A stretch of 64,000 nucleotides of DNA from a virus (lineage: Duplodnaviria; Heunggongvirae; Uroviricota; Caudoviricetes). Location: the IMG/VR virus record IMGVR_UViG_3300027974_000025. One strand, written 5' to 3'. Position 1 is the first letter of the stretch. The number at the start of each line of letters is the position of its first letter. Below, in pieces: positions 27,122-37,166 of the stretch. The notes beneath the pieces are model-generated. The model saw nothing but the letters and a program-made list of their open reading frames with translations, ran no database searches and was not told the DNA's origin. The translations under genes and the position numbers were made by a program.

Positions 27122-29160
27122 TAGAACTACAAAACATAGATTACAAAGACTGGTTTATAAATCAGAAACGTATTCCTGACAAAGACTCTCAGGAGTGTAA
27201 GCCATTCTTTGACTTTCACAGAGAGCTATGTTTGAATGGAGCTATGATGGGGGGTGTTTACATCAACCCATTTTTGTATTGGCACTTAAACATCTGGCAT
27301 ACAGAAGTTGACATAATAGATGAAAGAGGAAGGATTGCACAGAAATATGCCAATCCTTTTTTAAGAGATAATGAATGGCTTGTGACAAATGAAATTGACA
27401 GAGCTCAACAAGAAAAGAGGGGCTTAGTCATTCTAGGTATTAGACGTTTTGCCAAGTCAGTTTTAGAAGCATCCTATATTGCATGGGGTGCAACCTTTGA
27501 TGAAAACAGTCAGAATATCATAGCAGGCTTAAATGCCCCAGATATTAAACTGATTACTGATAAGATTGACAAAGGATTGAATTTCATTCCTGAGTATTGG
27601 AGATGGCAGAGAATTGAGGATAACTGGAAGAACCAAGTGACTCTAGGTATAAAGACCAAGTCTGGTGAACGTATCCCATTCTCTTCCATTCTAATACGTA
27701 ACCTTGATGAAGGTAACAATGAAGAGGCTATTGCAGGTACAAAACCACGTAAATTAATTATAGATGAGATTGGTAAAGGGAATTTTCTTAGAGGTTTACA
27801 GGCTGCTATTCCAGGTTTCACAACACCCTATGGCTGGGGATGTAGCCCAATTCTTACTGGTACAGGTGGTGATATGAAGAAATTCATGGATGCAAAGAGC
27901 TTAATGTTTGATGTAGACAATTTTAACTTCCTTACATATAATAACAGTAAAGATGACAAACGTATACATGGTCTTTTTATTTCTCATAAGTATAGAATGG
28001 AAGCCAAAGAAGATTCTACACTAGGAGCATATTTGAATGAGCCATCTAAATCAGACTTACACAATGTAAAAATGCTTGTAAGTAATGAAGAGAAGGCAAC
28101 GCAGATTACTAATGATAACTTAGAGAGACTTAAGAAGGCTGGAGATAGAATAGCTTATTTAAAAGAAAAGATGTACTATCCTCAAGAAGTGGATGATATC
28201 TTCTTGAATGAGGACACAAATATATTTGATATTGATGGTGCTAAGAGACAGAAGATCAGGTTGTTACAACAAGAAAGAACAGGAACTCCTATTGTATTGT
28301 TTCATGATGGAGAGAAGATAGCTCATGAGTTTACAGACAAAATGCCCATCTCTAACTTCCCTCTAAAGAACTCAGACCTGAAAGAAGCACCTGTTGTTAT
28401 ATATGAATTCCCTGTAGATAATCCTCCTTATGGATTGTATGTAGCAGGGGTCGATCCATATAGACAAGGTAAGTCTGCATATTCAAGTTCACTTGGATCT
28501 GTATACATATATAAAAGGATGCATGAAATTAGTGGTGAGAAGTATCAAGATATGTTCGTAGCTTCGTATTGTGCAAGACCTGATAAGAAAGAAACTTGGG
28601 AAGAACAAGCTAGATTTCTTATTAAGTATTACAATGCTAGAACATTGTGTGAGAATGATGATATATCTTTTATTGAATATATGAAAGCTAAAGGGGATGC
28701 TCACTATCTAGAGAGACAACCTGATTGGCTTAAAGAGATTGTTCCAAACACCACTGTAAAAAGAGATTATGGAATTCATCGTTCAAGTCAGAAGATAATT
28801 GACTATCTTCACACCTGTTTAAAGAAGTATATGGAAGCTCCTATATTTGTAGAGAAGAATGATGCTGGTGAGGTGATTAGAGAAGTGCTAGGTGTAAGTA
28901 AGATATTTGATCCTGTATTGCTTGAAGAGATTATTCAATACAATGATCAAGGTAACTTTGATAGAATCATTGCTGCAGAGTTAGCTATTGCCCAAGCAAT
29001 GAAGATGGACCCAATCATGGGTAAGATAGGTGGTACATCAGATGAGAGAGTAGCTTCTATGTTCAATAAGAAAAGAGGTAATATACTTTTCACTGAGTCT
29101 AGGAACAACATGTTTGGACAATCAAGAAATAAATATAAACGAAATAAATTGTTTTCATAA
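27118..29160 (+). CDS. terL: terminase large subunit
   Basis: Deviant Walker A VILGIRRFAKS, Walker B KLIIDEIG, and a coupling motif TGTGGD. The C-terminal RNase H-like nuclease begins at YVAGVDPYRQGKS. 680 aa. Confidence 0.7.
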   Translation: MIELQNIDYKDWFINQKRIPDKDSQECKPFFDFHRELCLNGAMMGGVYINPFLYWHLNIWHTEVDIIDERGRIAQKYANPFLRDNEWLVTNEIDRAQQEKRGLVILGIRRFAKSVLEASYIAWGATFDENSQNIIAGLNAPDIKLITDKIDKGLNFIPEYWRWQRIEDNWKNQVTLGIKTKSGERIPFSSILIRNLDEGNNEEAIAGTKPRKLIIDEIGKGNFLRGLQAAIPGFTTPYGWGCSPILTGTGGDMKKFMDAKSLMFDVDNFNFLTYNNSKDDKRIHGLFISHKYRMEAKEDSTLGAYLNEPSKSDLHNVKMLVSNEEKATQITNDNLERLKKAGDRIAYLKEKMYYPQEVDDIFLNEDTNIFDIDGAKRQKIRLLQQERTGTPIVLFHDGEKIAHEFTDKMPISNFPLKNSDLKEAPVVIYEFPVDNPPYGLYVAGVDPYRQGKSAYSSSLGSVYIYKRMHEISGEKYQDMFVASYCARPDKKETWEEQARFLIKYYNARTLCENDDISFIEYMKAKGDAHYLERQPDWLKEIVPNTTVKRDYGIHRSSQKIIDYLHTCLKKYMEAPIFVEKNDAGEVIREVLGVSKIFDPVLLEEIIQYNDQGNFDRIIAAELAIAQAMKMDPIMGKIGGTSDERVASMFNKKRGNILFTESRNNMFGQSRNKYKRNKLFS

Positions 29161-31742
29161 TGGCAATTATAAGATACACAAAAGACGCAACAATCAGGTA
29201 TGCCTATCTAAATATCTTCCCTGACCAGTTTAAGACTGAAAAGGAAAAGATGGATGAGAGTTGGATTAAAAATACCATGGATTACTTTGCTAACAAAGCA
29301 TACGCTGAATATGTAAAGAACAGAGATACATTTGTTAAAAACTATGACCTTGTAAAAGGTATATTAAGAAGAGAAGATTTCTACCAAGAACCAGAAGTAA
29401 GAAGCTTTACAGATGTGCTCACAGCAGATCTAGCTCTTCCTGCCTATGTAAAACATTATTCTATAATGACCACTCCTATTAATGAGTTAGTAGGAGAAAT
29501 CAGCAAAAGACCTGATGCATTTCGTGTCAAAGCATTTGATGATGACAGTAAAGCTGAAGAGCTTGAGTTTAAAACTCAACTATTACAAGACTATGTTGTT
29601 TCTCAAGCACAAAGAAAGATATTAGAGAAAGCAGCATTTGATGGTGTAGAAATTTCAGATGATGAGTTACAGGAGAAAACATTAGAACAAGTAAAAGATG
29701 AACTTGATAGCTACACCTCTGTAGCAGAGAAATGGGCAAATCATATACTAACTGCTGAGAAAGCTGAGTTTGTATTAAAGGAAAAATCTGAAGATGCCTT
29801 TAGAGATTTATTGATTTCTTCTAGAGAATTCTTCCACATCTATGAAGATAACTCAAAAACTGGGTTTAATGTTGAGGTGGCTAACCCTAAGAACACTTGG
29901 TTCTTAACCACTCCAGATAGAAAGTATATATCAGATACAACTGGTAGAAGTCAAGGGGCTTATGCTGCTGGTACTGTACAAGTTATGGAATTGTCTGAGA
30001 TCATTGAATCAATTCCAGATTTAACCAAAGAAGAGATTGACCACTTACGTAGTTCATTACAAGATTACGGATTGATCAATGTACGTGAATCTAATCTTGG
30101 TAATCCTAATGCTATTCCAGGTAATGACTCTATTCAATATGATACATTTGATCCATTAGTCTTACAGACTAGAATGATTATTGAGTCTGAAATGAAAGAG
30201 AATAATGATGGTCTTCAGGATTTCTTAGGACTTACATCTAATGTAAGCTCTTTTGGTTACAAATATGTTGTGGTAAGAGGTTATTGGATTTCTAAGAAGA
30301 AGATAGGTAAGGTGATATATACAGATGAGATGGGTAATGAACAATCTATGTTAGTAGATGAAGACTACAAATCTAAAACAATTCCTACAGAACTTTCATT
30401 AGAATGGGGATGGATTAACCAATGGTACCAAGGTACTAAGATTGGTCCAGACATCTATCATATCAAACCTTATAACTTATTACCTTACTGTCCAATCATT
30501 GGTCAAGTATTTGAGGTGAAGAATACAGAGGCTAAGAGCCTTGTAGATATGATGAAGCCTTTCCAAGTTTTATACAATGTGTGTATGAACCAGTTATATA
30601 AGTTACTTGAGAAGGAAGTGGGTAAGGTGCAGTTAATGTCTATCAGACACATTCCTATTCCTAAAGATGGAGATGCACAAGATGCTCTTGATATTTGGGA
30701 AATGGAAGCTCGTAACAGAGGTGTGGTATTTGTAGATGACAGCCCAGAGAATTTAAAGAGTCCAAGCTCATTTAATCAATACACCAGCTTAGACCTTACA
30801 CGTACGCAGGAGATCCAAGCAAGATATACTCTAGCACAACAACTTAAGAATGAGTGTTGGGAATTAATAGGTATGTCAAGACAAAGACTAGGATCTGTAC
30901 AAGCTAGTGAATCAGCTACAGGTACTAACGCAGCTATTACACAATCTTATGCTCAGACAGAACCTTTATTTGTAGCTCATGAATATATACTAGGTCAGTT
31001 ATATCAATCAATCATTGATGCAGCTTTATATGTTGAGAGCAAGAAGCCACAGTCTACTATATCTTATATTACATCTGAGGGAGAATCTGCATTTGTATCT
31101 GTGAATGGTACAGACTTACGCTTTAGAGACTTAAAAGTATTCTTGACTAACAGACCTGAAGATAGACAAATGTTTAATGAGATTAGAGGATTGTCTCAAG
31201 CTGTTATACAAAATGGTGGAAGCTTACATGATGTAATTGAACTATATAGCACCAATTCAATGAGACAAATGAAGCATGTGTTTAAGAAATTGAAGGATAG
31301 ACAAGAAGGTCTGCAGAATGCTCAGCTACAACAAAAACAACAAGAGATTGAACAAACACAACAAATTGCTCAAGCTCAAATTGAATCAGCTCAAGCACAA
31401 GCAGAAGAAAAACTAGCTAATGAAAACTACCAAGCTGAGCTTGATAGAATTAATAAGAAAGAGATTGCTCTTATTGCAGCTGAGTCTAAGAGTGGTCCTT
31501 TATCAGATTTAGATACTAGTGGCACTCCTGATGTTTTAGAGATTGATAAGTTAGCTTTGGCTCAGTCAAAGGCTGAAAGAGATTATCAAGCTAAGATGAT
31601 GGATGTACAAAGTAAAAATCAACTTGCTGCTCAGAAACTAGAGATAGAAAGAGAGAAGTTAAAAATAGCTAGAGAGAACCAGGCTAATGATTTAGCTGTT
31701 GCTAAAGAGAATGCTAAAGGCAGAGCTAAGAAAACCAAATAA
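29160..31742 (+). CDS. portal protein (putative)
   Basis: 860 aa, immediately after terL (ATAATGG overlap). It has a coiled-coil Gln/Ala-rich C-terminus. Confidence 0.5.
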   Translation: MAIIRYTKDATIRYAYLNIFPDQFKTEKEKMDESWIKNTMDYFANKAYAEYVKNRDTFVKNYDLVKGILRREDFYQEPEVRSFTDVLTADLALPAYVKHYSIMTTPINELVGEISKRPDAFRVKAFDDDSKAEELEFKTQLLQDYVVSQAQRKILEKAAFDGVEISDDELQEKTLEQVKDELDSYTSVAEKWANHILTAEKAEFVLKEKSEDAFRDLLISSREFFHIYEDNSKTGFNVEVANPKNTWFLTTPDRKYISDTTGRSQGAYAAGTVQVMELSEIIESIPDLTKEEIDHLRSSLQDYGLINVRESNLGNPNAIPGNDSIQYDTFDPLVLQTRMIIESEMKENNDGLQDFLGLTSNVSSFGYKYVVVRGYWISKKKIGKVIYTDEMGNEQSMLVDEDYKSKTIPTELSLEWGWINQWYQGTKIGPDIYHIKPYNLLPYCPIIGQVFEVKNTEAKSLVDMMKPFQVLYNVCMNQLYKLLEKEVGKVQLMSIRHIPIPKDGDAQDALDIWEMEARNRGVVFVDDSPENLKSPSSFNQYTSLDLTRTQEIQARYTLAQQLKNECWELIGMSRQRLGSVQASESATGTNAAITQSYAQTEPLFVAHEYILGQLYQSIIDAALYVESKKPQSTISYITSEGESAFVSVNGTDLRFRDLKVFLTNRPEDRQMFNEIRGLSQAVIQNGGSLHDVIELYSTNSMRQMKHVFKKLKDRQEGLQNAQLQQKQQEIEQTQQIAQAQIESAQAQAEEKLANENYQAELDRINKKEIALIAAESKSGPLSDLDTSGTPDVLEIDKLALAQSKAERDYQAKMMDVQSKNQLAAQKLEIEREKLKIARENQANDLAVAKENAKGRAKKTK

Positions 31743-31744
31743 TT

Positions 31745-32275
31745 ATGTTTGATAAACTAATTGATATATTGCTTGAATGGTGGAATTATGTTCTACCATT
31801 CATCATTATTAGAGACTATGAACAAGCTGTACTTCTCAGGTTTGGAAAGTTTAATAGAGTGTTGCTTCCAGGTATACACTTCAAGATTCCTTTCTTTGAT
31901 GAGGTGATTGATCAGCACGTTGTAGTTACAACACTTAGCTTAGATGCACAGTCTTTATACACATTGGATAAACAAAATATTGTTGTCAAGGGAGTTATAA
32001 AATACAAGATATCAGATGTGAAGATATTCCTACTTGAAGTGTTTGATGCACAGGACGCTCTTTCAGATATGGCTCAAAGCATTATTAAAAATGTAATTAT
32101 GTCAATGACCATGGAAGAATGTACAGATTCTGAATTAGACAACACACTTACAAAGAAGGTGAGAGTGGAAGCTAGGAAATGGGGAGTTGACGTTCAACAA
32201 GTAACACTGACAGACCTTGCCCCAATCAGAAGCTATAGGCTTATAAATGACAATTTTCTTAACAAATTAGATTAG
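31745..32275 (+). CDS. SPFH / band-7 (stomatin/prohibitin-like) domain protein
   Basis: IIIRDYEQAVLLRFGKFNRVLLPGIHFKIPFFDEVIDQHVVVTTLSLDAQ matches the SPFH core (erav.rfGk...pGlhf.iPf.d.v..vd.r). Confidence 0.55.
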   Translation: MFDKLIDILLEWWNYVLPFIIIRDYEQAVLLRFGKFNRVLLPGIHFKIPFFDEVIDQHVVVTTLSLDAQSLYTLDKQNIVVKGVIKYKISDVKIFLLEVFDAQDALSDMAQSIIKNVIMSMTMEECTDSELDNTLTKKVRVEARKWGVDVQQVTLTDLAPIRSYRLINDNFLNKLD

Positions 32276-32333
32276 AGTAAAAAATATTAATGCTATATTA
32301 TATTGAATAATAGTCAATATAAAGGCTCCTCTC

Positions 32334-32364
32334 TTTGCTGTTAACTTAACTTGATATACTTTTA
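32334..32364 (+). promoter_or_regulatory. Bacteroidetes-type promoter (TTTG -33 element, 19-nt spacer, TACTTTTA -7 element)
   Basis: TTTG at 32334-32337 and TACTTTTA at 32357-32364. It lies about 30 nt upstream of the scaffold start, which carries the AACTACATATG leader. Confidence 0.4.
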
Positions 32365-32394
32365 CACACGAAACCAATTAAAACTCAACTACAT

Positions 32395-33666
32395 ATGGCT
32401 GAAAATCTAGATATGCCCCAAATGGGTAACTTTAGTATTCAAGATACTATGGATATGGGAATGGGAAATCAAGAGTTATTAAATGACTTATTATCTCCTG
32501 AAAGTGCTACATCTAGTCCTGATGACATTCAGGACATTAAAGATGAACCTACTCCTGCTCCAACAAAGAAAACTACTTCTAAACAAACAGCTGCATCAAC
32601 TCCTGCTCCAGAAGATGATAAGAAAGATGAAGCTCCTGAAAAGGATATTCAAAGTTTCTTATATGGAGAAGAAGATGACACTGAAGATGAAGATGAAGAA
32701 GCACCAGCTGCACCAGCTAAAAAAGCTACGCAACCTGATGATAATCAAGAAGATAGTGATGAAGATGATGAAGATGGCGTTCCTAACCAGTTCGAAGCTT
32801 TATCAAAAGATCTTTTAAAACTAGGTGTCTTTTCACAAGACGAGGATGAAGAAGAAATAGCAATTAGTAGCCCTGAAGCTTTCTTGGAGAAGTTCCAAGC
32901 AGAGAAGAAAAAGGGAGCTATTGAAATAGTAAACAACTTCATTGGTCAGTTTGGAGAAGATTATCAAGAAGCGTTTGATGCCATATTTGTAAAAGGAGTT
33001 AGTCCAAAAGACTACTTTGGTGCATATAATCAAATCCAATCTTTCTCTGAGATGGATTTAAGTAACGAGAGTAATCAAGTTACTATTATCAAACAAGCAT
33101 TGACAGATCAAGGGTTTGATCCTGAAGATGTTACAACAGAGGTTGAAAGACTTAAAAACTATGGTGACTTAGAAACTGTTGCTGCTAAACACCATAAAGT
33201 CTTGATAAAAAAGGAAGCATCAAAGCTTCAACAATTAGAGCAAGATAAGCAAGCTCAATTACAACAGCAACAAGCCATCAAGCAACAATACTTACAGAAT
33301 GTAAACCAAGTTTTACAAGATAAGATTAAAGCTAAAGAATTTGATGGCATACCAATTAACCCTAAATTAGCTGGTGAACTACAAGATTTCCTAGTAACAG
33401 ACAAGTACAAGACAGCATCTGGAGAAACTCTTACAGATTTTGATCGTACTATACTGGAGCTGAAACGTCCTGAGAATCATGAGAAGAAGGTTAAACTTGC
33501 TCTATTGATGAAAATCATTGAGAAAGATCCTACACTATCTACCATTCAAAAGACAGGTATCACCAAAAAATCAAATGAGTTATTTGGTGAGGTTGCCAGA
33601 CAAGCCCAGAAGAGTTCAGTGAAATCGAAACAATCAGCTAGACCTACCTCTTCTTGGTTTCAATAA
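32395..33666 (+). CDS. scaffolding protein (putative)
   Basis: 423 aa. Acidic low-complexity N-terminal half (EDDTEDEDEE, DSDEDDEDG) and a coiled-coil C-terminal half. It is positioned between the portal/SPFH genes and the capsid gene. Confidence 0.5.
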   Translation: MAENLDMPQMGNFSIQDTMDMGMGNQELLNDLLSPESATSSPDDIQDIKDEPTPAPTKKTTSKQTAASTPAPEDDKKDEAPEKDIQSFLYGEEDDTEDEDEEAPAAPAKKATQPDDNQEDSDEDDEDGVPNQFEALSKDLLKLGVFSQDEDEEEIAISSPEAFLEKFQAEKKKGAIEIVNNFIGQFGEDYQEAFDAIFVKGVSPKDYFGAYNQIQSFSEMDLSNESNQVTIIKQALTDQGFDPEDVTTEVERLKNYGDLETVAAKHHKVLIKKEASKLQQLEQDKQAQLQQQQAIKQQYLQNVNQVLQDKIKAKEFDGIPINPKLAGELQDFLVTDKYKTASGETLTDFDRTILELKRPENHEKKVKLALLMKIIEKDPTLSTIQKTGITKKSNELFGEVARQAQKSSVKSKQSARPTSSWFQ

Positions 33667-33701
33667 ACAATTTATATAACAAAAATTAAAAAAGTATAAC
33701 A

Positions 33702-35255
33702 ATGGCAATTCAAACAATTCCAGGTTTAACTGGTTTTACTTACGCTAGAGTCGCTTCAATGGATAAGCGTGCTGTAGGTAAGTTGACAGATTCAAACCAC
33801 CTAGAGAGTTTTCACTCTACAGAGCCAGCAGACTATGATAAGAAAATCATCAGTTTGTACACTCAGAGTTCTCTTTATAGTAATGATTTCTTAGACATGA
33901 TTAACAAGTCTACTCCTTACTATATTGATAACAACAGCGATGCTTGGAAATGGCAAGTACAAGTTCCTTACAAGTTCCCAAAAATCATTGACGTTCCTAC
34001 TACCACTTTGGAGTTATCCAAGCCTGGTATTGATGGTCAAGAGTTCCAATTGATTATCGACACTAATGAGTTCTCTAAGAACGCTATCATTTCTGTAGGT
34101 ACTCGTCAGTATGGTCCTCGTTTCTATGTAGTAAAAGATCCTGTTCCTTGGAATATGGGCTTCTTGTACACTTTCACTTTGGTGAGTGACAATCCTACAG
34201 TTGATTTCGTAAGTGGTACATTCTTACAAGTTGGTATCGAACTAGAATTAGTTGATGCTGCTATTGGTGAGTTTGATCAAGACTTATTAGGTCTTCCTCG
34301 TTTAGGTGAGCAAATCACAATGTTTGAATCTTTAGGTTCTGCATATGGTTATGAGCACAAAATTACAGAGTGGGCTGATGACAAGATGATGAGAGATGCT
34401 TCTGGAAAACCTTTAGATATCTTAGTATATGCTCCTCAAAGACGTAACCAATTACCTTTAACTCGTAATGATGTTAAGTGGGAACCATTTATTGAGTTCT
34501 GGATGCGTAAGTCTATGTTAGAATTAAAAGTTAAGCGTATGATCTGGGCTCGTCCTGGAACTGTGAAGACTAATGGTTCTAAGCAAGAATTAAAGCGTAC
34601 ATCTGCTGGTGTTTACCACAGAATGCGTAACAATGGTAACTTAGTTCAATACAATCGTGGTGAGTTCACTGCAAACTTGATTCGTTCAGTGTTTGGTGAC
34701 TTATTCTACAGACGTGTTGATGTTAAAGATAGAAGAGTTAAAATGTACACAAACGAAGCTGGTTTTGACGTGTTCCAACAAGCTTTGAAGAATGACGCTT
34801 TGAACTCTGGTTTAACTTTCATGGCTGATTCTGGTAACAGATACATGCAAGGAGAAGGACAACACATCACTTACAACTTTGCATTCGATGCAATGGTAAC
34901 TCGTGAGACTGGTCGTGTTGAATTAATCCACTTGAAAGAGTTAGATCTTCCTCAAACAAATTTAGAATTTGGACAGAACAAGAAGTCAACTCCAGTATTT
35001 ATGGTGTTTGATGTATCTCCAATGTCTGATGGTTCTATGATCAATAACATTCGTGAAGTACGTATGAAGGGTGCACCTTCTATGACTTGGGGTTATATCG
35101 ATGGTACTCGTCACCACTTAGGCTTTGCTAAGTCTCAAGGTATGAGTTCTGCAAACAAATTCCCTGGATATGAGATTTGGATGAAGGATCGTTGTGATGT
35201 ATTTATTGAAGATTTATCTAGAACTGTATTGATCGAAGAGATTCCTCAATTCTAA
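33702..35255 (+). CDS. major capsid protein (putative)
   Basis: 517 aa, directly after the scaffold. Its codon usage is shifted (Arg mostly CGT, Gly GGT, Ser TCT) relative to the rest of the genome, which suggests very high expression. A strong hairpin lies downstream. Confidence 0.5.
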   Translation: MAIQTIPGLTGFTYARVASMDKRAVGKLTDSNHLESFHSTEPADYDKKIISLYTQSSLYSNDFLDMINKSTPYYIDNNSDAWKWQVQVPYKFPKIIDVPTTTLELSKPGIDGQEFQLIIDTNEFSKNAIISVGTRQYGPRFYVVKDPVPWNMGFLYTFTLVSDNPTVDFVSGTFLQVGIELELVDAAIGEFDQDLLGLPRLGEQITMFESLGSAYGYEHKITEWADDKMMRDASGKPLDILVYAPQRRNQLPLTRNDVKWEPFIEFWMRKSMLELKVKRMIWARPGTVKTNGSKQELKRTSAGVYHRMRNNGNLVQYNRGEFTANLIRSVFGDLFYRRVDVKDRRVKMYTNEAGFDVFQQALKNDALNSGLTFMADSGNRYMQGEGQHITYNFAFDAMVTRETGRVELIHLKELDLPQTNLEFGQNKKSTPVFMVFDVSPMSDGSMINNIREVRMKGAPSMTWGYIDGTRHHLGFAKSQGMSSANKFPGYEIWMKDRCDVFIEDLSRTVLIEEIPQF

Positions 35256-35318
35256 TAATGCCCCTCTAAGGATAGTATTCTTAGACTGACACCAGTGGTG
35301 TTTCGCATAAAAAAATCA

Positions 35319-35355
35319 GAAGACTTTCCCCCCACCTCCAAGTGGGGGAGTCTTC
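35319..35355 (+). promoter_or_regulatory. strong intergenic hairpin after the capsid gene (no T-run), a possible attenuator or RNA processing site
   Basis: gaagact-tt-ccccccac...gtggggg-agtcttc. It is preceded by a second small palindrome acaccagtggtgt (35290-35302). Confidence 0.4.
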
Positions 35356-35445
35356 TAACACAGATGGACAGGTGCAAGTAAATTCTGTACAGTGTTCCCT
35401 TCGATGGGGACCATCTGCAAATAAACCAAATAAAAACAACTACAT

Positions 35446-36411
35446 ATGGGCAAGATAGGAAAAATTTCTACTATTAAAAAAGACTACAACAATTCTCAGT
35501 TACAAACTATGCAAGGTGGACTTGCATCAAGAGGCTACACAAGAATTCCTGGTACAGGAGTTTTTAAATATCCTTATAAAGAATTGGATGGTCAGTACAG
35601 AACAGGCTTAGATCCAAAAGCTTCTTACATCAGAAGAATCTCTGATCCTCTTGAAAGAGAGATGGAGGTTGAAAGAGTAACAGAATTAAGAGATAAACTT
35701 GAAGCAGCATTAAATGTTGACTTAAATCCTCGTTCTAGTTTCTGGAACTATGGCTTATCAACTTCTACTGATGATTCCTTACATGTACAACCTGTTAAGC
35801 TTATGGATGGCGACAATTTTTATGATTTGTCAATGCCATTGCAAGAGCTAGCATTCTCATGGTTGAGAGTTCATCCAACAATTGCTTCTAGCTATCAAGC
35901 TTGGGAGCGTGGTGAATTCCCTGCAGACATTCAATATTATGTTGCAGATGATGAGATTGAAAACAAGGTGATGTTTAAAAAGAAACAACTTATTAATAAA
36001 GCTATTATTAAGTTTGATTCTATGACTCCTGAGAAGAAGAAGAAAGTGGCTCGTTTACTTGGTCTTCCAGTATCTGATGATTCTAAAGAAGAAGCAGTTT
36101 ACAATCAGGTGGATAACCTCCTAAAACAAACAGAATTCAAGAATGGCAAATATCAAGGTTTGAACCCTATAGAAGTGTTCAACAGATTTGCAGATATGAA
36201 GGAAAACTTGCTACATATTAAAGACCTAGTAAAACAAGCTGTTGCTCATTCAGTTTATAGAGTGAGACCTAATGGTAGAGTGTTTGAAGGTGAATTTGAA
36301 ATAGCAGTTGATGAAGATGATTTAGTTAAATTCCTTGCAGATGAAGACAACCAAGATCAATTATTGACTTTGGAAGGCAAATTGAAAGGAAAAAAAATAG
36401 CCTCATTATGA
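35446..36411 (+). CDS. virion structural protein (hypothetical)
   Basis: 321 aa. Its start is embedded in the conserved AACTACATATG leader. Confidence 0.45.
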   Translation: MGKIGKISTIKKDYNNSQLQTMQGGLASRGYTRIPGTGVFKYPYKELDGQYRTGLDPKASYIRRISDPLEREMEVERVTELRDKLEAALNVDLNPRSSFWNYGLSTSTDDSLHVQPVKLMDGDNFYDLSMPLQELAFSWLRVHPTIASSYQAWERGEFPADIQYYVADDEIENKVMFKKKQLINKAIIKFDSMTPEKKKKVARLLGLPVSDDSKEEAVYNQVDNLLKQTEFKNGKYQGLNPIEVFNRFADMKENLLHIKDLVKQAVAHSVYRVRPNGRVFEGEFEIAVDEDDLVKFLADEDNQDQLLTLEGKLKGKKIASL

Positions 36412-37139
36412 TCCCAGTAGATAGTTTATTATATAAGATTGATCAGAAACTAAATAAACTATCAACAAATGAGCATCAACAAATTAACCTAGAAGATAAG
36501 ATTCTAGCACTTAACGAGGCTCAGATAAAGCTAATAAAGCAAAAGGTTGATGGTAATAGTACAGTCTCTGGTTATGGGTTGGATGCGTTTAAAAAACGCT
36601 ATGAAGACCTTCAAAGTTTGGTTATCACCTACAACCATCAACCTTTAGCATTAGCATTAAAGAATGCAGAGTTGAATCAATGGTTTGCAAGTCTTTATGA
36701 CTTGGTTCCAAAGTACATGTTCTATATTGATAGTTATGTATTAGCAGACAAAGGAAGATGTACAGATAGAAAGATATGGATAAATAGAGATTTGGCTAAA
36801 CATGGTGACATTCAGTTTATATTAAATAATAACAACTACAAGCCTTCTTTTGAATATCAAGAAACATTCAACTTTCTTTCTTCAGATGAAATTTCTATAT
36901 TCACAGATGGTACGTTTACACCAAAAGATATTTACATATCATATATGAGATATCCAGTGTATATTAATAAAACAGGATATATCATGTTAGATGGACAACC
37001 TTCTTTTGATGCAGACTGTGAACTTGAGACTTACTTAGAAGATGAGTTATTAGATTTGACAGTACAGAACTTGGCAATGTATACAGAAAACCAAAGTGCT
37101 GTTCAAAGCTCAATCTATAGGATACAAACAAACGAATAA
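36408..37139 (+). CDS. virion structural protein (hypothetical)
   Basis: 243 aa, with a 4-nt overlap with the preceding gene. Confidence 0.4.
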   Translation: MIPVDSLLYKIDQKLNKLSTNEHQQINLEDKILALNEAQIKLIKQKVDGNSTVSGYGLDAFKKRYEDLQSLVITYNHQPLALALKNAELNQWFASLYDLVPKYMFYIDSYVLADKGRCTDRKIWINRDLAKHGDIQFILNNNNYKPSFEYQETFNFLSSDEISIFTDGTFTPKDIYISYMRYPVYINKTGYIMLDGQPSFDADCELETYLEDELLDLTVQNLAMYTENQSAVQSSIYRIQTNE

Positions 37140-37166
37140 TTTTTTACAATTTAAATATAAAACAAA

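Noticed and set aside
32483-32818. Lys-rich ORF in an alternative frame inside the scaffold gene. Also similar nested ORFs such as 56724..57146 minus, 8912..9729 plus and 13438..13827 plus.
   Set aside because: They are nested antisense or out-of-frame ORFs within well-supported longer genes, with composition-driven open frames.
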